The notes under the pieces were generated by a model that did not search any database, had not been told where the DNA came from, and worked only from the letters and a program-made list of their open reading frames with translations. Position numbers and translations under genes: made by a program. From positions 1 to 12,910 of the forward strand of contig JAEOTE010000152.1 of NCBI GenBank assembly GCA_016839945.1: DNA of 12,910 nucleotides. The letters run 5' to 3'. How positions within the stretch are numbered: position 1 is the first letter of the stretch; each line of letters opens with the position of its first letter. Positions 7,817 to 12,910 of this stretch are shown here, in pieces. This stretch comes from Candidatus Heimdallarchaeota archaeon. Its GTDB lineage: Archaea > Asgardarchaeota > Heimdallarchaeia > Heimdallarchaeales > Heimdallarchaeaceae.

Positions 7817-9970
7817 TTATTTTTTCTTACGATAAACTGCAATTAATGCAGTTACTGATAAGAAACCTAGTGCAACATATAGTATGTTTGGAGCATCAAG
7901 TTGGATAGTCTGACCATCGTTGTTATTTCCTGAAGCTTCTTCAACAACAACAGTTACAGTAGCAGTATTATTGTATCCTAATGTATCATATGCTTTTATT
8001 TCAAAAGTCCAAGTTCCTAAACCAAGAGTATCAAGATCTACTATAACATCTATATTAGGAGTAATCCAAGTATCATTATCATAGAGAGCACCGTTCTTGA
8101 AAACCTCGTATTCAAATGGATTATCATCGAAAAGAACCCATTTGATTTCTTTGTCTTCACCTACTTCCATGTAAATTGTACTTGTTGGTCCATTAATTGA
8201 TGGTGGAACTGTATCAACAGAAGTTCCATCAGTTGCATGAATGATTAATTCATAGAAAGATACATATCCAGTCATATCGGAAGCGATAATTGTGATGTTA
8301 TAATCTCCAGGAGTGAAAATCCAATCTTTAAGATTTAAACCGAAAGTTTTACCGTCTGTCCAAGAACCGGAATCCAGTATTGCTCCATCAAGAAGGAATT
8401 CGAAATAATTAGGATTGTCATCATTTAGAGTCCAGAACATTGTTTTTGAATCTCCTATGTGGTAATCTATTTCCCCAGGAGCATGTCCATTGATTTGTGG
8501 ATATTCAAGTAAAATATCATCCAGTACTTCAACTGTTAGGTAAATATCTTGAAACACTCCTACATTGTCATAGAAATGAATCCAATAATCATATGTTCCC
8601 ATAGATAGAAAGTCCCAAAAACCTATGGAATCGTTTTGAAAACCAACCCACCAATCATAGAAGATATAACCAAATCCATCATGTTTGTAAATAGCAACTG
8701 TCCAATTAGTGTCAGAATATACATTATAATAAAACCAACTGTCACCTTCATAAACTGTAGCGTCAATTGGTCCTTCAATCCAAGAGGGACCCCAGGAAGG
8801 AATAGTGGTTCTATAATCATCTACCCATGTTGTCCAAGTTGTGTTATGATTTGGATTATAATCATCAAAGACATCGAATCTGAGTTGATAGCTCCAATAA
8901 GGTCCATCAAATGGTATAGCACTTACAGGAATATCATAGAATTTTAATCCAGCATTATTTGATGCAAAGGTATCAAAATAAGCTCCTGCAATATAAACAT
9001 CAATTGTGACTGTAGAATAAACATTGTTAATATAAAATGGAATACTTATCATTGAAGTTGTATTATCTACTGTATTGTCGTATGATTTTATAACCATAGA
9101 TGGAAGATCTGCATCAAGAACAGGAGTATATCCTACACTTGTCTCTTCTAATTTCCAGACTGATGTGTAAAGATCTTTATAATGATATTCTACTTCTAAA
9201 TAAGTTCCTAATTCAACACTTGTATTTGAATAATCAGCATCTCGGTAGTCGTAATATGTGTAATCATATTGCAGAATATACCCAGTAGCATTATCAACAT
9301 AGTAAGTTAATAGTTGTCCCCAATTTACAGTCTCCCAGTATGTAACATCATAATATCCATAAAAATTCATATAACTATCTGTATATTCATATGAATAAAT
9401 ATCAACGAATATTGGTTGTGTTATTCCATTAATAGTAAATGGTAATGTTGTTGATGTATTATACCAAGTACTACCAAAATTGTCAGTAATATCTAGATTG
9501 ACAACTCCAGAATAAATATCAAAATATTCATCTGGATTTAAATTGCTATACTTATAATCAAGTGTAATATTTTGTGAAGTTGGTGGACCATTTGGAATCC
9601 AGCTGCTTATATCCCAATAATAGCTTTCATCATAATAATAATCCATTAAATCATACAATGTATAAGTATGATTTACATAAGCAAAACTGCCAAAATCTTG
9701 ATTTATTACATAGCTATGAACGTCTTGTGCATAAAAATCCCAATTGTGAATATACCAATAGGAATTCTCATAATACTCTGGAGGTGGATTAAATTCGAAC
9801 CATTTTTTATGTTCAGTTTTATGTTGATCATAAACATCTACAGTATACAACAACTGATCCCCAACATTCAAGTCAGTGTATGCTACTACAGTGTTTAGAT
9901 TAACAAAACCTCCAACGAAAATAACTATAACTATATTTGCGCAAATTATATAACTAAGACCCCTTTTCAA
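7817..9970 (-). CDS. Large cell-surface (glyco)protein with signal peptide, 3-4 Ig-like repeats and C-terminal membrane anchor
   Basis: N-terminal basic plus hydrophobic signal; acidic, Tyr/Trp-rich body with many N-x-S/T sequons; internal repeats of about 90 aa; C-terminus DAPNILYVALGFLSVTALIAVYRKKK. TTG start. Confidence 0.8.
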   Translation of the reverse strand: MKRGLSYIICANIVIVIFVGGFVNLNTVVAYTDLNVGDQLLYTVDVYDQHKTEHKKWFEFNPPPEYYENSYWYIHNWDFYAQDVHSYVINQDFGSFAYVNHTYTLYDLMDYYYDESYYWDISSWIPNGPPTSQNITLDYKYSNLNPDEYFDIYSGVVNLDITDNFGSTWYNTSTTLPFTINGITQPIFVDIYSYEYTDSYMNFYGYYDVTYWETVNWGQLLTYYVDNATGYILQYDYTYYDYRDADYSNTSVELGTYLEVEYHYKDLYTSVWKLEETSVGYTPVLDADLPSMVIKSYDNTVDNTTSMISIPFYINNVYSTVTIDVYIAGAYFDTFASNNAGLKFYDIPVSAIPFDGPYWSYQLRFDVFDDYNPNHNTTWTTWVDDYRTTIPSWGPSWIEGPIDATVYEGDSWFYYNVYSDTNWTVAIYKHDGFGYIFYDWWVGFQNDSIGFWDFLSMGTYDYWIHFYDNVGVFQDIYLTVEVLDDILLEYPQINGHAPGEIDYHIGDSKTMFWTLNDDNPNYFEFLLDGAILDSGSWTDGKTFGLNLKDWIFTPGDYNITIIASDMTGYVSFYELIIHATDGTSVDTVPPSINGPTSTIYMEVGEDKEIKWVLFDDNPFEYEVFKNGALYDNDTWITPNIDVIVDLDTLGLGTWTFEIKAYDTLGYNNTATVTVVVEEASGNNNDGQTIQLDAPNILYVALGFLSVTALIAVYRKKK

Positions 9971-10001
9971 AGGTTTACACCCATTATACTTTCTCTTTTT
10001 C

Positions 10002-10011
10002 TTTTATATAA
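10002..10011 (-). promoter_or_regulatory. Putative TATA box for the surface protein gene
   Basis: TTATATAAAA on the minus strand, about 31 nt upstream of TTG 9970. Confidence 0.5.
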
Positions 10012-10081
10012 GAAAGGTGGTAGAGTTATCCGCGATAGAAGTAAAGCGCGTAAAACTGAAATTTTGAAAAAGAGAGATTTG

Positions 10082-10921
10082 CTATGATTCTTGTCCAGCC
10101 AATTTTGTTTTAATTATATATTTTTCTAACTGCTTGTAATTCTGAGAAACATCCATATCAAGTCCAAAACCTAGATCATTAACAACTATTACATCTGCTT
10201 TCATTTTGAAAGCTCTTTCCAAGATTTGTACAGCATCTTTCAACTTCGCAACTTTCAATACAACTTTAAGAATCTTAGTCCAAGTTGAAGGACGTTTAAA
10301 GACATACCATGCAGCAGCCCAGAAAGATCTTTTCCTTCGAATCCTAGCAATACTTGCTATAACTTCTTGCCCTTCATATATTGCCCTTTTACTTAAAGAA
10401 AACATTTCTCCTGGAAAAACTTGGTAATCCTTGAGAGGAGCTACAACCCTTCCAGCATCGGGAAACCATTCTTTTGATAATTGATGAGGAACAACACCAA
10501 GAATGAAATCGTAACCTTCTCTTTCTTGAACAGCTTCTAGAAATTCATCGATTTTTTCAACAGTAATTCCAGGAGTATCTGCCATACAAACAACAATCTC
10601 ATCATACTCCTTTCCTTGAGATTTTAGGTATTCATATCCTTCAAGATATTTGATGTTTAAATCTGCGTAAAAATCAATAGGTAGATATTCTACTTGATCA
10701 CCGAAATCAATGTCTTCTCTAGACACACCCAAACTGTAAATTGTCTCGACATATTTAGATTTTACTAATTCTTCCACAACCCATGAAATAACTGGTTTTC
10801 CAAGCAAAGGAAGAAGAACTTTTGTCTCATATTTCTCTTCAGGATCTAATACTTGCATTATTTCTCTACGAATGTTTCTGTCCCTTCCTGACATCAAGAA
10901 TATTGGAAATTTTTTTGTCAT
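10082..10921 (-). CDS. MobA-like NTP-transferase-domain (NTP_transf_3, GT-A fold) nucleotidyltransferase, paralog 1
   Basis: IFLMSG...TKVLLPLLGKPVISWVVEEL, central CMADTP, C-terminal GFGLDMD; about 280 aa. Confidence 0.75.
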   Translation of the reverse strand: MTKKFPIFLMSGRDRNIRREIMQVLDPEEKYETKVLLPLLGKPVISWVVEELVKSKYVETIYSLGVSREDIDFGDQVEYLPIDFYADLNIKYLEGYEYLKSQGKEYDEIVVCMADTPGITVEKIDEFLEAVQEREGYDFILGVVPHQLSKEWFPDAGRVVAPLKDYQVFPGEMFSLSKRAIYEGQEVIASIARIRRKRSFWAAAWYVFKRPSTWTKILKVVLKVAKLKDAVQILERAFKMKADVIVVNDLGFGLDMDVSQNYKQLEKYIIKTKLAGQES

Positions 10922-11031
10922 TTATAGTTCACAAAGTATCTATCAGTATTGTCTTAAAAAATTTCCTAGAAATTTTGGAAAAACAGATTTTTGAATTGTA
11001 CAATCTTTTATTCTCTAAAGCTTAGGAAGTA

Positions 11032-11057
11032 TTTATATTAAGAACAAAGATACTTTG
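11032..11057 (+). promoter_or_regulatory. Putative TATA box followed by a palindromic operator-like site upstream of the 7TM gene
   Basis: TTTATAT (11032-11038) about 23 nt before ATG 11062; CAAAG-ATA-CTTTG palindrome at 11045-11057. Confidence 0.45.
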
Positions 11058-11061
11058 CTCG

Positions 11062-11736
11062 ATGCTACCTGGAACTCTATCACTTATTTTTTTCTGCATT
11101 GAGTTAGTTATTCTAGTTGTTGTAATAACACTCAATCGTGACCACCCTTTCTTCTGGACAATAATCCTTTTTTTAGCATTGCTACAGCTATATCAGCTTT
11201 CAGAATTCTTAATTTGTATTGGTATTAATGAAAATATTACAGGAAGAATTGCTTACGTAATAATCACATTTCTTCCACCCTTAGGATATTTCCTTTGCAC
11301 TAAAGTAGTAGGCTGGAAATATCCTGATTATTGGCTAGGTTTTGCAGCTGGAACAGGTTTTTCTCTTTATTACTTAATAGTTCCTAATTCTGTTAGGTTA
11401 ATTGACTGTAATCCTCTTTATGCAGTCTACAACTCTGATCTATCACCTTATTATGGAATTTACTATCTAGGTTTAATCGTTTATAGCATTCTCTTCATTG
11501 TTGCTCATTTGATTTTTAAGAATGATAGAATTAAACAAAAAAGTGGAGCAATTGTATTAGTGGGTTATCTTTCTTTTCTTACACCTATGTTCTTAATGGT
11601 TTTAATAGATTCATCTTTTAGAAGTGCTATCCCTAGTATTATGTGTAAATATGCTTTATTATTAGCTGTTACACTGCTAGTTTTTTCGTTTGTAAAACCT
11701 TCAAAAAAAGATGTGAATAATGCAACATCTGATTAA
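11062..11736 (+). CDS. Stand-alone seven-transmembrane protein (HisKA_7TM-like membrane domain without kinase)
   Basis: Seven hydrophobic segments in 224 aa; motifs LYQLSEFLIC, ITFLPP, an extended loop between TM4 and TM5 containing DCNP, and PSIMCK. No soluble output domain. The family call is from remembered pattern similarity only. Confidence 0.65.
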   Translation: MLPGTLSLIFFCIELVILVVVITLNRDHPFFWTIILFLALLQLYQLSEFLICIGINENITGRIAYVIITFLPPLGYFLCTKVVGWKYPDYWLGFAAGTGFSLYYLIVPNSVRLIDCNPLYAVYNSDLSPYYGIYYLGLIVYSILFIVAHLIFKNDRIKQKSGAIVLVGYLSFLTPMFLMVLIDSSFRSAIPSIMCKYALLLAVTLLVFSFVKPSKKDVNNATSD

Positions 11737-11743
11737 GACGTTA

Positions 11744-12568
11744 TTATTTCTTTTTAGTCTTAGAAACATATTCTTCTAGTTTTTTATGATCTTCTGGTAA
11801 ATCCATATCCATAGACAATCCAGGATCATTAACAATCGCAACATCAGATTTAAGATTGTAAGCTTTCGAAAAACAAATTATAACATCATTTAGTGTCCCT
11901 TTTCCTCTAACAATCTTAATTAATTTAAACCAAGTACTTGGTTTTCTTGCAACTACTTTAATCAAAGACATGAAAGTTCTTGATTTTCTTACATCTGTAG
12001 TAGTGAAACTGTCCATTACTTTTTGATATTCATTAATAGCTCTAGGACTAAGCATCGCCAGTTCTCCTTGTGTTATATTAATATCTTTTAGACTAGCTAT
12101 AGCTCTCTTCGAATCAGGAAAAGACTCTTTTACTGCTTCATGAGGTACTACAGAGAGTATAAAGTCGTAATCTTTTTTATCTTGGATGTATTCAAAAAAA
12201 GAATTAATTCCTTCAACCGATACACCAGGACAGTCACCACTACATCCAATAATTACTTCATGATATTTGTTATTATCTATTAAATAATCTAGTCCTGCTT
12301 TGTATTTTTGTGAAACATTAGATTGATAATCGACTGGCACAAAATGAATAGGACCTTCAACGCTCAGATCCTCTTTTGATAAGCCTAAAATATAAAGTCC
12401 TTCAACATATGGAGATTTCAGTAGTTCTTCAATTACCCATTCAATAACAGTCTTCCCCAAGAATGGATAGAGAACTTTGGATTTATACTTCTCTTCAGGA
12501 TCTAAACCATCAAGGAATTCTCTTCTCTCTACATCTCTACCTGCTAGAAGTAAAATTGGATATTTCAT
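11744..12568 (-). CDS. MobA-like NTP-transferase-domain nucleotidyltransferase, paralog 2
   Basis: ILLLAGRD...KSKVLYPFLGKTVIEWVIEEL, CSGDCP, GLSMDMDLPED; colinear with paralog 1 over the full length. Confidence 0.78.
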   Translation of the reverse strand: MKYPILLLAGRDVERREFLDGLDPEEKYKSKVLYPFLGKTVIEWVIEELLKSPYVEGLYILGLSKEDLSVEGPIHFVPVDYQSNVSQKYKAGLDYLIDNNKYHEVIIGCSGDCPGVSVEGINSFFEYIQDKKDYDFILSVVPHEAVKESFPDSKRAIASLKDINITQGELAMLSPRAINEYQKVMDSFTTTDVRKSRTFMSLIKVVARKPSTWFKLIKIVRGKGTLNDVIICFSKAYNLKSDVAIVNDPGLSMDMDLPEDHKKLEEYVSKTKKK

Positions 12569-12647
12569 ACTTTGTCACTAAGTTATAATTTTACTCATTT
12601 ATATGATTTTACTGAATTCTGATTACTAAACATCATTATAGATTAGA

Positions 12648-12910
12648 TTAACCTAATCCTTCAATATAGGGAATATTATACATCTCACAAACGAATTTCT
12701 TAATTTTCTCATAATCCTCAACAAGGTCGATATCCATGCCAAATCCAACATCATTTACAATTACAGTTTTCACTTTACCTTTCGCTATTCTGGCAATTAT
12801 CTTTTCTCCACCTTTAAGTTTCAAATTTCCAAAGAGAAAACTAATGATAAGAGGCCATGTACTTGGTGTTTTTAGAAATAATTTCAATATTGGAAGTAAA
12901 GCACTGCCTT
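12648..12910 (-). CDS. MobA-like NTP-transferase-domain nucleotidyltransferase, paralog 3 (C-terminal part only; 5' end beyond the window)
   Basis: The frame stays open to the window edge (GSALLPILKLFLKTPSTW...). It shares PSTW and IVNDVGFGMDIDLVED with paralogs 1 and 2. The TTG start at 12887 in the ORF track is an edge artefact. Confidence 0.75.
   Translation of the reverse strand, partial: GSALLPILKLFLKTPSTWPLIISFLFGNLKLKGGEKIIARIAKGKVKTVIVNDVGFGMDIDLVEDYEKIKKFVCEMYNIPYIEGLG

Noticed and set aside
10027-10053. Two CGCG-containing near-palindromes (TATCCGCGATA, AAGCGCGTAA) upstream of the surface protein gene
   Set aside because: Too short and imperfect to support a site or small RNA without comparative data.
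1765-10427. Short ORFs nested in larger genes (1765, 2534, 3667, 3936, 5256, 6026, 6153, 7255, 8623, 8636, 9100, 9574, 9668, 10206)
   Set aside because: All lie within well-supported CDSs, antisense or in an alternative frame, and show no recognisable motifs.
10822-11025. 67-aa plus-strand ORF
   Set aside because: TTG start, overlaps the 5' end of paralog 1 antisense and runs through the divergent promoter; no protein-like features.
11062-11736. Rhodopsin/heliorhodopsin interpretation (7TM with SxxxK, SIMCK, in TM7)
   Set aside because: TM3 lacks the RYxDW or RWxEY motif and retinal-pocket Trp residues, and the Lys sits early in the helix. A structure model would settle it.
10082-12910. CofC (F420 biosynthesis, suggested by nearby mtd) or true MobA
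   Set aside because: The proteins are longer than typical CofC or MobA and lack the CofC PxK...KxRL and MobA LAGGxSxRMG signatures, so no gene symbol was assigned.
1-12910. tRNA, rRNA or CRISPR array
   Set aside because: Intergenic gaps are about 140 bp or less and AT-rich, with no cloverleaf or regularly spaced repeats seen.

Overview
AT-rich, gene-dense archaeal window with 13 protein-coding genes, 2 of them cut by the window edges. An Asgard/Heimdallarchaeia-like source is an inference from the archaeal-type AsnRS, Mtd, TATA-like boxes about 20-30 nt upstream of most starts, oligo-T gene ends and the style of the surface protein. In order: a partial MFS transporter missed by the ORF track, asnS, a membrane-anchored class I SAM methyltransferase, a LURP-one/Tubby-like protein, F420-dependent methylene-H4MPT dehydrogenase (mtd), a membrane-anchored hypothetical, a second LURP-one protein, an alpha/beta hydrolase with a Cys at the nucleophile elbow, mtnA, a large surface protein with Ig-like repeats, and at least three paralogous atypical MobA-like (NTP_transf_3) nucleotidyltransferases interrupted by an oppositely oriented stand-alone 7TM protein. 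The main candidates for something undescribed are the nucleotidyltransferase array with its 7TM gene and palindrome-rich shared promoter, and a 28-bp (25/28) inverted repeat at the 3' ends of both LURP genes that brackets mtd. I found no RNA genes, CRISPR arrays or transposases. Family assignments come from motif recognition by eye, not database searches.
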